From Deltaproteobacteria bacterium (GTDB lineage: Bacteria > Myxococcota_A > Polyangia > Fen-1088), in NCBI GenBank assembly GCA_033763315.1, contig JANRKS010000017.1, forward strand, positions 1 through 64,000: 64,000 nt of DNA. Direction: 5' to 3'. Made by a program: the position numbers and the translations under genes. The notes below the pieces were generated by a model, which worked only from the letters and a program-made list of their open reading frames with translations, had not been told where the DNA came from and made no database searches. This document shows, one piece after another, positions 56,211 to 64,000 of this stretch. The stretch's first letter is position 1. Each line of letters starts with the position of its first letter.

Positions 56211-57390
56211 TGCGACGGAAGCTAGCGCCCGCTTTAAAAACGCCAAAGTCATATCGCCCGTCAAAATGGAACTGGCCGGCGTTTGACGTTAAGTCAGGCC
56301 AGGAGCCGGCAGGCGTGCCGTCTTCTTGACCCATGATGCGGTAAAACCCAAGGCCCCCACCAAGGGTCAAGTGATCGCTTGTGGACCACACACCGGAAAG
56401 ATCGAGCGTGGCCATCGATGGATGAAAGCCACAGTTGTTGCTGGCCAGGTTCTGCCGCAAATGCCCGTAAGCGAGCACCGTGATCGTCTGTGTCACCGGC
56501 ACTGTCGTGAGCAATTCTGGCGACACGTAAGAAGCGCTGCCACTCGAAGCGTTGCACAGACTTGGATCGCCGATGCGTTCGAGCCGCACGCCCATCTTCA
56601 CAAAGTTCCAGTCTTTGCCGGCGCCGCCAAAAAATTCGCCATGGCTGCCCAAAGCACCACCTTCGATCAACCAGCGGCTCTTCGTTGTCACCTTGGCGTA
56701 AAACGCGCTCCAGCGAAACGCAGGGTTCACAGCGAACAGCGGCAAGTTGAAATACCCGACTTCGTAATCTGTACCGTTGTGGGTCGCCTTCCCGAAGAAA
56801 TGATAATTCAAAACGGTCTTGCCGCTCACGCCTCGCTGCGTGCCGAGCATGAACACGCTGCCCACAACCGGATCAACCGTGCGTACCCAGCTTGTTTGAG
56901 AAGGTTCTTTTTCGCTGTCGCCTGGCTCGCTGTCGGGCGCAAGAGGGCGAAAGGTGTTGTCGTCCGCGGCTTTGTTCGTCGCAGGTGGCGTGGGCGCCGG
57001 CTCTGGCGTTGGCGTTGGGATTGGCGTTGTGGGAGCGGGTGGCTGCGCTCGTTGGCGTTCAAGATCGCGGATGTGCTCTTGGGCAACGCGACGGTTCGGC
57101 GCCGCGGCGTCCACCGTGCGCAAGTAGCCTTTGTATGCGGCCAACGCCTTGTCCGGTTGATTCGCCAACCGCCATGACTGCGCCACGTTGAACAGCAACG
57201 CGGGATCTTGCACCCAGCGGTATGCGCGCTCGTAACACGCGGCGGCTTCCTCGAAGTGGCCCAGGTTGTAGGCCACGTGGCCCTTTTGCACCTGGTGCTT
57301 GGCCTTTTCTTTGGGGCCCGCGGCGGCCACGCCCACCCACGCGGTGAACACAACAGCTGCAAGCAAGGCCACACCGTTTGCACGTCGCAC
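56146..57390 (-). CDS. Exported TPR protein with a Pro-rich linker and a beta-rich (possible outer-membrane barrel) C-terminus
   Basis: Signal peptide from GTG 57390; G..AYNLGHFEEAA..YERAY..DPALLFNVAQ TPR; alternating aromatic beta-strands. Confidence 0.7.
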   Translation of the reverse strand: MRRANGVALLAAVVFTAWVGVAAAGPKEKAKHQVQKGHVAYNLGHFEEAAACYERAYRWVQDPALLFNVAQSWRLANQPDKALAAYKGYLRTVDAAAPNRRVAQEHIRDLERQRAQPPAPTTPIPTPTPEPAPTPPATNKAADDNTFRPLAPDSEPGDSEKEPSQTSWVRTVDPVVGSVFMLGTQRGVSGKTVLNYHFFGKATHNGTDYEVGYFNLPLFAVNPAFRWSAFYAKVTTKSRWLIEGGALGSHGEFFGGAGKDWNFVKMGVRLERIGDPSLCNASSGSASYVSPELLTTVPVTQTITVLAYGHLRQNLASNNCGFHPSMATLDLSGVWSTSDHLTLGGGLGFYRIMGQEDGTPAGSWPDLTSNAGQFHFDGRYDFGVFKAGASFRRIIYDEGVNQLTFDVELRPGRL

Positions 57391-57464
57391 GCTTTCGATT
57401 GTAGGCCTGGCGCGAAATCGCCGCAAACCGCGCGACGTTTTGCGGCGGTGCTAAACTAAGTCTC

Positions 57465-58652
57465 ATGGCGGCGGTTCAACCAGTGACGCTGAAGCGGGCG
57501 ATCATTCTCGTGGCGGATGGCGTGGGATGTGGTGAAGCTCCCGACGCTTCCGCCTATGGCGATCAGGGCGCCAACACGCTTGGCAATTTGGCGAAGGCCT
57601 TGGGCGGCCTGCACTTGCCCACGCTTGAACGCTTGGGTTTGGGCAACACCACCAACATCCTTGGCGTGGCACCCGTGGCTGACGCGCAGGCCCTGCATGG
57701 TCAACTCATCGAAGCGTCCCAGGGGAAAGACACAATCACGGGCCATTGGGAAATGGCTGGCATCATCACGCGCAAGGCGATGCCCACATACCCCAAGGGT
57801 TTCCCGCGCGAGATCCTCGACCCGTTGATCGCCGCCAGCGGGCGCGGGGTGCTTGGCAACAAAACAGCCTCGGGCACAGCGATCTTGGACGAGCTCGGCG
57901 TAGAGCACATGCGCGCAGGCGCGCTGATTGTCTACACCTCCGCGGATTCTGTTCTGCAGATCGCTGCGCATGAATCGGTGGTGCCGCTGCCAGAGCTTTA
58001 CCGCATTTGCGAAGCGGCCCGAAAGATCGCCGACGAACATGGCATTGGTCGCGTGATTGCGCGGCCGTTTGTTGGCCAGCCGGGCGCTTGGCAGCGCACC
58101 TACAACCGCAAGGACTGGCCGCTGCTGCCACCGTCCACCACGCTGCTCGATCACGTAAAGGCCGCGGGCCTGCCCGTGGTGGGCGTGGGCAAGATCCACG
58201 ACATCTTCGCGGGCCAAGGGCTCACAGAATCAATTCACACCGAAGGCAACGTTGATGGGATGGAGCAGACGCTCACGGTGATGAAGCAAGTCAAGCAGGG
58301 GCTCGTGTTTGTAAACCTTGTGGACTTCGATATGTTGTATGGGCACCGTAACGACTGCACAGGCTTTCAGAGCGCTCTGGAAACTTTCGATCGTTGGCTG
58401 GCAAGGTTTCTCGCGCTGCTGCAGCCTGGCGATTTGGCGTTCATCACTGCGGATCATGGCAACGATCCCACGTTTCCGGGCACCGATCACACCCGCGAGC
58501 GCGTGCCACTTTTGGCATTCGGACCCCAATGGCGCACGGGCGATTTGGGCAACCGCTCCTCCTTTGCAGATCTAGGCCAAACCATCGTTTCTGGTTTGGG
58601 CGCGGAACCTCTTGCGAATGGCCGGTCATTTCTGGATATGATGGTGAGGTGA
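57465..58652 (+). CDS. deoB: Phosphopentomutase
   Basis: ADGVGCGEAPDA..YGD.GANT, GKDTITGHWE, YTSADSVLQIAAHE, RVIARPF, NLVDFD..GHRND, ITADHGNDP, HTRE. Confidence 0.97.
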   Translation: MAAVQPVTLKRAIILVADGVGCGEAPDASAYGDQGANTLGNLAKALGGLHLPTLERLGLGNTTNILGVAPVADAQALHGQLIEASQGKDTITGHWEMAGIITRKAMPTYPKGFPREILDPLIAASGRGVLGNKTASGTAILDELGVEHMRAGALIVYTSADSVLQIAAHESVVPLPELYRICEAARKIADEHGIGRVIARPFVGQPGAWQRTYNRKDWPLLPPSTTLLDHVKAAGLPVVGVGKIHDIFAGQGLTESIHTEGNVDGMEQTLTVMKQVKQGLVFVNLVDFDMLYGHRNDCTGFQSALETFDRWLARFLALLQPGDLAFITADHGNDPTFPGTDHTRERVPLLAFGPQWRTGDLGNRSSFADLGQTIVSGLGAEPLANGRSFLDMMVR

Positions 58653-59965
58653 AATCACCTCGGCCCGTGCCGCGCTGGATCGCCACCAAACGTGACGGTT
58701 TACCGCTTGACCCTGCTGTCATAGATGACTTTATCGCGGGGGCGGCCGATGGCTCCATCCCCGATTATCAAGTGGCCGCTATGTTGATGGCGGTCGTGTT
58801 CCGCGGCCTTGACGAAGCGGAACTCGTGCGGTGGACGCGCGCGATGATCGCCTCGGGCGACACCATGTCACTCAAAGCTGTGCCTGGTGTGAAAGTTGAT
58901 AAGCACTCAACCGGTGGTGTGGGCGATAAGCTTTCGTTGTGCTTGGCTCCCGCGGTGGCCGCGTGCGGTGTAAAGGTACCGATGCTCGCCGGCCGGGCGC
59001 TTGGCCACACAGGTGGCACGCTGGATAAGTTGGAAGCCATCACTGGTTTTCGCGTTTCCTTGTCCTCGCGTGAATTCGTCAAGGTGTTGGGCAAAGCAGG
59101 CTGGGTGATCGCAGGGCAAACGCCAAAGCTGGTGCCGGCCGATCGCGTTCTCTATGCGCTTCGTGACGCCACTGCCACCGTCGAATCGATCCCGCTGATT
59201 GCGTCTTCAATCCTGTCGAAGAAAATCGCAGGTGGAGCCGATGCGCTGTTGATGGATGTGAAAGTGGGGCGCGGCGCTTTCTTGCCTTCGCTCAAGCAAG
59301 GCAAGGAGCTGGCGCAAACCATTGTGCGCTTGGGCAAGGCCGCGGGCCTCAAAACGATCGCCACGCTTACGAACATGGACGAGCCCCTGGGCCGCAAGAT
59401 CGGCAACGCCACGGAAGTGGTGGAATCAATCGAAGTTCTGCAAGGCGGGGGGCCACCCGATGTGCGTTCGTTGACCGTTAGATTGGGCGCGGAGATGTTG
59501 GTCTTGGCCGGCGCCCACAAGAGTGCCAAAGAGGCCGGCGCCGCCATCGAGACGGTGTTGAACAACGGTGATGCGTTCAAGCTGTTTCGCCAAGCGGTGC
59601 AGCTACAAGGCGGCGATGTGCGTCTGGTGGATGAACCGAAGCGGCTGGCGCGTGCCAAAAAATCGTGGATCTTCGAGGCACCGCGTGCAGGCGTCCTCGA
59701 TACGGTGGATGCCAAGCATATGGGCATCGCCGCCACTGTTTTGGGTGCCGGGCGTTCACGCAAGGAAGACAAAGTGGATCCCGGCGTTGGCATCACTTTG
59801 CACGAACGAGGCGGCGTTCACGTGGAACGAGGACAACCTTTGTGCACTGTCTGGTACAATGAGCCTCGCCGTCTGCAAGCGGCGCAGGCCGAGTTGGCGC
59901 AGGCCTTCGTGGTTGGCACCAAACGGCCCCCTGTTCGTCCCCTAGTGCGAGGAACCATCTCTTGA
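58649..59965 (+). CDS. deoA: Thymidine/pyrimidine-nucleoside phosphorylase
   Basis: PDYQVAAMLMA, VDKHSTGGVGDK, GRALGHTGGTLDKLE, YALRDATATV, SILSKK, DVKVG.GAF. Confidence 0.93.
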   Translation: MKSPRPVPRWIATKRDGLPLDPAVIDDFIAGAADGSIPDYQVAAMLMAVVFRGLDEAELVRWTRAMIASGDTMSLKAVPGVKVDKHSTGGVGDKLSLCLAPAVAACGVKVPMLAGRALGHTGGTLDKLEAITGFRVSLSSREFVKVLGKAGWVIAGQTPKLVPADRVLYALRDATATVESIPLIASSILSKKIAGGADALLMDVKVGRGAFLPSLKQGKELAQTIVRLGKAAGLKTIATLTNMDEPLGRKIGNATEVVESIEVLQGGGPPDVRSLTVRLGAEMLVLAGAHKSAKEAGAAIETVLNNGDAFKLFRQAVQLQGGDVRLVDEPKRLARAKKSWIFEAPRAGVLDTVDAKHMGIAATVLGAGRSRKEDKVDPGVGITLHERGGVHVERGQPLCTVWYNEPRRLQAAQAELAQAFVVGTKRPPVRPLVRGTIS

Positions 59966-60804
59966 AGCCTACGTCCACGTATTACGATCGCGTTCGCGGC
60001 GCCGCCGAATCCATCTCGGAACGACTCGATGCCGCACATGCCAGCGTGGCGGTGATTTTGGGTTCGGGCCTTGCCGGAGCCGCATCCATTTTGGAGCAAG
60101 CGCGCTCTGTGCCCTATGTTTCGATCCCAGGGTTTCCCGAACCCACTGTGGCAGGGCATCCGGGGCGTTTGGCGTGTGGCATGGTGGCGGGGCGCAAAAC
60201 CTTGTTCTTCTGCGGGCGCGTTCACGGCTATGAAGGTTATGCGCCTTCTGAGGTAGGCTTCGGCATCCGTTTGGCAGCGACGTTGGGTGTGGGCACCGTG
60301 ATTGTCACCAACGTCTCTGGAGGCGTGGATCCTGCGCTGAAGGTCGGCGAGATTGTGGCCATCACCGATCACCTCAACCTCACCGGTCAATCGCCGTTGA
60401 CGGGAACCAATGACGAACGCTTTGGGCCGCGCTTTGTTGACATGACAGACACGTACGCGCCGGAGCTGCGGCAGCTCGCCATTGAAGCGGCCCGTGCCAC
60501 AGGGCTTGGACCGCTGCGCGAATCGGTCTACGCAGGCATGGCGGGGCCACAATACGAAACGCCCGCCGAGGTGAGGATGCTGCGCATGTTGGGTGCGGGC
60601 TTGGTTGGCATGTCCACCGTTTTAGAAGTGATCGCCGCGCGCCACGCAGGCATGAAGATCTTGGGCCTATCGTTGGTGGCGAACCCTGCCGCTGGCGTTG
60701 AGCCTGCGCCTTTGCGCCACGAAGACGTCACCGATGCTGCGGCTGCCGGAACGAAAAAGATGGCGTCGCTGTTGGCCGCGATCATCGCGAAGATCGAGCC
60801 GTAG
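59962..60804 (+). CDS. punA: Purine-nucleoside phosphorylase (trimeric type)
   Basis: ILGSGL, TVAGH.G, GRVHGYEG, GPRFVDM, GPQYETPAE, VGMSTV.E. Confidence 0.93.
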   Translation: MKPTSTYYDRVRGAAESISERLDAAHASVAVILGSGLAGAASILEQARSVPYVSIPGFPEPTVAGHPGRLACGMVAGRKTLFFCGRVHGYEGYAPSEVGFGIRLAATLGVGTVIVTNVSGGVDPALKVGEIVAITDHLNLTGQSPLTGTNDERFGPRFVDMTDTYAPELRQLAIEAARATGLGPLRESVYAGMAGPQYETPAEVRMLRMLGAGLVGMSTVLEVIAARHAGMKILGLSLVANPAAGVEPAPLRHEDVTDAAAAGTKKMASLLAAIIAKIEP

Positions 60805-63800
60805 GTGTGTCATCGCGCCAGGTCTCGATCTCAAGCAAGCGTTGTCGCACGGCCGCCAGTCGGTCGTTCTTCTCTTGATCATCGAACGCATACGTCAGGC
60901 GCATGTCGGGCGAGAGTTTGTATCGGCTGCCTTTGGCCTGCACCATGCGCAGCACTTTCGTGGGCGATAGCACAGCATCCGGACCCAGGTTCAACACAAA
61001 CCGCGCGGGGCCAAGCTCAAAGCCCAGCGCCCCAATGCGACGAACCACCAGTTTGTCCGCCATCACCGCGGCCAACAATTCGGCTTCTTCGGGCGGCGTG
61101 CCATACCGATCCTGCAACTCCTCAAGCAAGGCCTGCAGCGTGGATTCGTCCTCGGCCATCGCGAAGCGCCGATAAAAGTCCAGCCGCTGCCCCGTCTCGG
61201 GGACGTAGTCGTCGGGCAAGAACGCCGGCACATCCACTGACATTTCCGGATCCAACGGCGGCTTAAGCGGCTGGCCGCGCAGCTCCGCCACGGCTTCTTC
61301 CAAGATGCGGATCCACGTTTCAAAACCCACCGCCGCCACGGCGCCGGATTGCTTTTGCCCCAGCAGCTCACCCGCGCCGCGGATCTCCAGATCAAACGTA
61401 GACACCTGAAAGCCCGCCCCCAGTTCAGTGAACCGCTGCAGCACCGCCAAACGTTGCTTCGCTTCCGCCGTCACACCTTCACCGGGGGGGATCACCAGAT
61501 AGCAGTAAGCGCGTTCACGCGAGCGACCAATGCGCCCACGCAATTGGTAAAGCTGGGCGAGGCCGAACGTATCAGCGCGGTTCACAATCATCGTATTGGC
61601 GCGCGGTATATCGAGGCCCGATTCAATGATTGTGGTGGAGCACAGGATGTCGAACTTGCCATCGACGAAATCCAACATCACCCGTTCAAGCTCGGCCTCG
61701 TTCATTTGGCCGTGGCCCATCGCCACCTTGGCGGTCGGTGCCAGGCGTCGAATCTCGTCCACCCACTTTTGCAGATCTTGCACGCGGTTGTGAACGAAGA
61801 ACACTTGACCGCCACGCGCCAACTCGCGCGTGATGGCGTCGGCCAACAGCGCCTGATCGAAGTGGCACACGAAGGTTCGGATCGCCAAACGATCCGCGGG
61901 GGGCGTGGCGATGATCGAGATCTCTCGCAACCCGCCCATCGCCATTTGCATCGTCCGGGGGATGGGCGTGGCGGTCAGCGTGAGCACATCCACCTGGGTG
62001 CGAATTTTCCGCAAACGTTCTTTATGAACAACGCCAAAGCGCTGCTCCTCATCGATCACCAGCAAACCCAGATCACGAAAGCGCACGTCTTGCGAAAGCA
62101 AACGATGCGTGCCGATGGCCACGTCCAGTTGGCCTGCGGCGAGCGCCGCCAGCGTGTTGCTTTGCTCCGCTTTGGTACGAAAGCGCGACAGCGAGCCGAC
62201 GCGCACAGGGAAATCTTTCATGCGCTCTGAGAACGTAAGAAAGTGCTGCTCGGCCAACACCGTTGTGGGCGCCAACACCGCCACCTGCTTACCGCCAAGC
62301 ACGGCCAAAAGAGTGGCTCGCAACGCCACTTCAGTTTTTCCATAGCCGACGTCGCCGCACACCAATCTATCCATCGGTGAGGGGGCTTGCATGTCTTGCA
62401 AGACCGCTTCGATCGCCTTCGCTTGATCCACCGTTTCCTCGAACGGGAACGATTCTTCAAACTCCTGAAAAACGGCGTCAGGCGCCGGGAACGCCAACCC
62501 AGGAAGCGCCTTGCGCTGGGCATAAAGCTGCAACAGCTCTTCGGCCACCTTGCGCGCTTCGGCCGAAACGCGGCGGCGTTTGTCCTGCCAGGTTTTGCCG
62601 CCCAGCTTATCAAGTTTTACGGTCTCGTTTGTGGGCCCGCCGGAGCCGACATACCTGCGCACCGAGGCCAGGCGGTAGACCGGCAGGTAGATTGTGCCGC
62701 CATCGTACTCAAGCTGCAGGAAGTCTTGTTTGACCCCGCGCAGCTCCAGCGTTTTGAGCCCAAGGTATCGGCCTACGCCGTGTTCGTCGTGAACGATCGC
62801 GTCGCCCACAACCAGCGCTCCTAGATCACCGAAGCCGTCGGATCGCCGTTGTTCAGGCCTGCGGTGTGATTTCGGCCCGAAAACATCCTCTTCGGTGACG
62901 ACCACAACGTGATCGTTGGGCAACCTGAACCCGCGTGTCAGTGGCCCCCACACCATGTGCACGTGGTTGCCCCCGGGTGTTTGCAACCAGGCCTGTATGC
63001 TGTGCTCAACCGTGTGCCCGCGCTTCGGCATTGCCACGTTGATGTCCAACGCCCGCAGCACAGCACTCAATCGTTCGGCGTGGCCCCGGCCGGGCGCCAC
63101 CATGAATACGCGTTGATCGTCTTGCAGCCATTGCTGCAAACGAGCCCGCAGCGCCGTGCCGATCTCCGCATCGCCGTGCGCGGACCGGCTTTGCTGCAGC
63201 TCCGCGCGCAAAGCGGTTTGTGATTCACTGTGAACGCGAATCAGGAGCGACGTTGGCGCTTCGCTGCTGACGATGTCCAGCGCCAACAAATCCACGCGCG
63301 GGTGCGTGTGAAATACGGCGTGGATTTCGTCTTCGTTCAAAAAGAAGGCTTCTGGATCCAGTGCCAGACGGTGTTCGGCGCGACGGTGTTCCGCGCTTGT
63401 GCGCAACCGCGTGAGGTTGCGGCGCGCTTCGTTGTCCACAGCGTCTGGATCTTCCACCACAATCAACGTGTGGGCGGGCAGATAACTGAAAAACGATTCG
63501 AGACGCTTGTGAAACGCAGGCATCAGCGCTTCCACGCCGAAAAAATCCACGCCCTGTTCCACTTGTTCGATCAGCAGCCGCGTCTTGGATGAGGGGTGGT
63601 TCACGGCGTCCGCCGCCGCCAAAATCACGGCCTTCGGGTCGGCCCCCTCTGTCAGTAGGGTTTCTTTGACGGGATGAATGTGGAGCTCATCCAACGATCG
63701 CAGCGTGCGTTGTGTGCCTGGGTCGTAGCTGCGGATGGATTCGATGTCGTCGCCGAAGAACTCGATTCGAATGGGATGGCGGTACACCGGCGGAAACACG

Positions 63801-64000
63801 TCCATCACCGCGCCGCGCACGGTGAATGTGCCGGGATCTTCCACCAAGGGCGCGCGGCTGTAACCTGCTCGTGTAAGGGCGGCCACAAGCGCCTCGCGGT
63901 CACATGAGGTGCCGGTGCGGCAAATAACCGCGAGCGGCGCCAACGCGTCCTTGGCCATCACACGACGGAACAAGGCTGCAGGGGAGGCCACGATGGCCGC
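60782..64000 (-). CDS. mfd: Transcription-repair coupling factor (5' end outside the window)
   Basis: UvrB-like [10 protein letters not shown]; CarD-like HGVGRYLG; [47 protein letters not shown]; TRCF domain. Confidence 0.97.
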   Translation of the reverse strand, partial: AAIVASPAALFRRVMAKDALAPLAVICRTGTSCDREALVAALTRAGYSRAPLVEDPGTFTVRGAVMDVFPPVYRHPIRIEFFGDDIESIRSYDPGTQRTLRSLDELHIHPVKETLLTEGADPKAVILAAADAVNHPSSKTRLLIEQVEQGVDFFGVEALMPAFHKRLESFFSYLPAHTLIVVEDPDAVDNEARRNLTRLRTSAEHRRAEHRLALDPEAFFLNEDEIHAVFHTHPRVDLLALDIVSSEAPTSLLIRVHSESQTALRAELQQSRSAHGDAEIGTALRARLQQWLQDDQRVFMVAPGRGHAERLSAVLRALDINVAMPKRGHTVEHSIQAWLQTPGGNHVHMVWGPLTRGFRLPNDHVVVVTEEDVFGPKSHRRPEQRRSDGFGDLGALVVGDAIVHDEHGVGRYLGLKTLELRGVKQDFLQLEYDGGTIYLPVYRLASVRRYVGSGGPTNETVKLDKLGGKTWQDKRRRVSAEARKVAEELLQLYAQRKALPGLAFPAPDAVFQEFEESFPFEETVDQAKAIEAVLQDMQAPSPMDRLVCGDVGYGKTEVALRATLLAVLGGKQVAVLAPTTVLAEQHFLTFSERMKDFPVRVGSLSRFRTKAEQSNTLAALAAGQLDVAIGTHRLLSQDVRFRDLGLLVIDEEQRFGVVHKERLRKIRTQVDVLTLTATPIPRTMQMAMGGLREISIIATPPADRLAIRTFVCHFDQALLADAITRELARGGQVFFVHNRVQDLQKWVDEIRRLAPTAKVAMGHGQMNEAELERVMLDFVDGKFDILCSTTIIESGLDIPRANTMIVNRADTFGLAQLYQLRGRIGRSRERAYCYLVIPPGEGVTAEAKQRLAVLQRFTELGAGFQVSTFDLEIRGAGELLGQKQSGAVAAVGFETWIRILEEAVAELRGQPLKPPLDPEMSVDVPAFLPDDYVPETGQRLDFYRRFAMAEDESTLQALLEELQDRYGTPPEEAELLAAVMADKLVVRRIGALGFELGPARFVLNLGPDAVLSPTKVLRMVQAKGSRYKLSPDMRLTYAFDDQEKNDRLAAVRQRLLEIETWRDDTPTARSSR

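Noticed and set aside
61349-62230. 293-aa plus-strand ORF, and similar ones at 35867-36745, 56326-57177 and 27073-27918
   Set aside because: Antisense or alternate-frame shadows of well-supported genes.

Overview
A GC-rich, very gene-dense chromosomal segment, most likely from a Myxococcota (former delta-proteobacterial) genome. That assignment rests on a Ser/Thr kinase with PEGA domains, a Cys-rich-repeat lipoprotein, a PilR/PilG-like pair and a split atpZIBE F0 operon. It holds about 52 CDS and one tRNA-Ala(GGC); I saw no integrase, transposase, prophage, CRISPR array or rRNA. Housekeeping and metabolic genes include uxaC, exuT, moaC, trxB, atpZ/I/B/E, deoB-deoA-punA, mfd (runs off the end), larB-larC and actP. 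There are two surface-glycan clusters, two M61 peptidases and two predicted heme-c lipoproteins. The main signals not explained by gene names are: (1) many genes have a -10 hexamer only 6-11 nt before the start codon and no Shine-Dalgarno, suggesting widespread leaderless transcription, including two back-to-back divergent pairs; (2) a 14-bp LacI-type operator occurs three times and links two distant sugar-acid loci; (3) a tandem-duplicated, 4-heme DHOR-family lipoprotein; (4) a pilR split by a 1-nt frameshift that abuts a pilG-like gene with no pilA between them; (5) a YdjC/ChbG homolog with degenerate metal ligands inside a GT2/methyltransferase/ArnT neighbourhood. All family assignments come from motif recognition by eye; no database searches were run.
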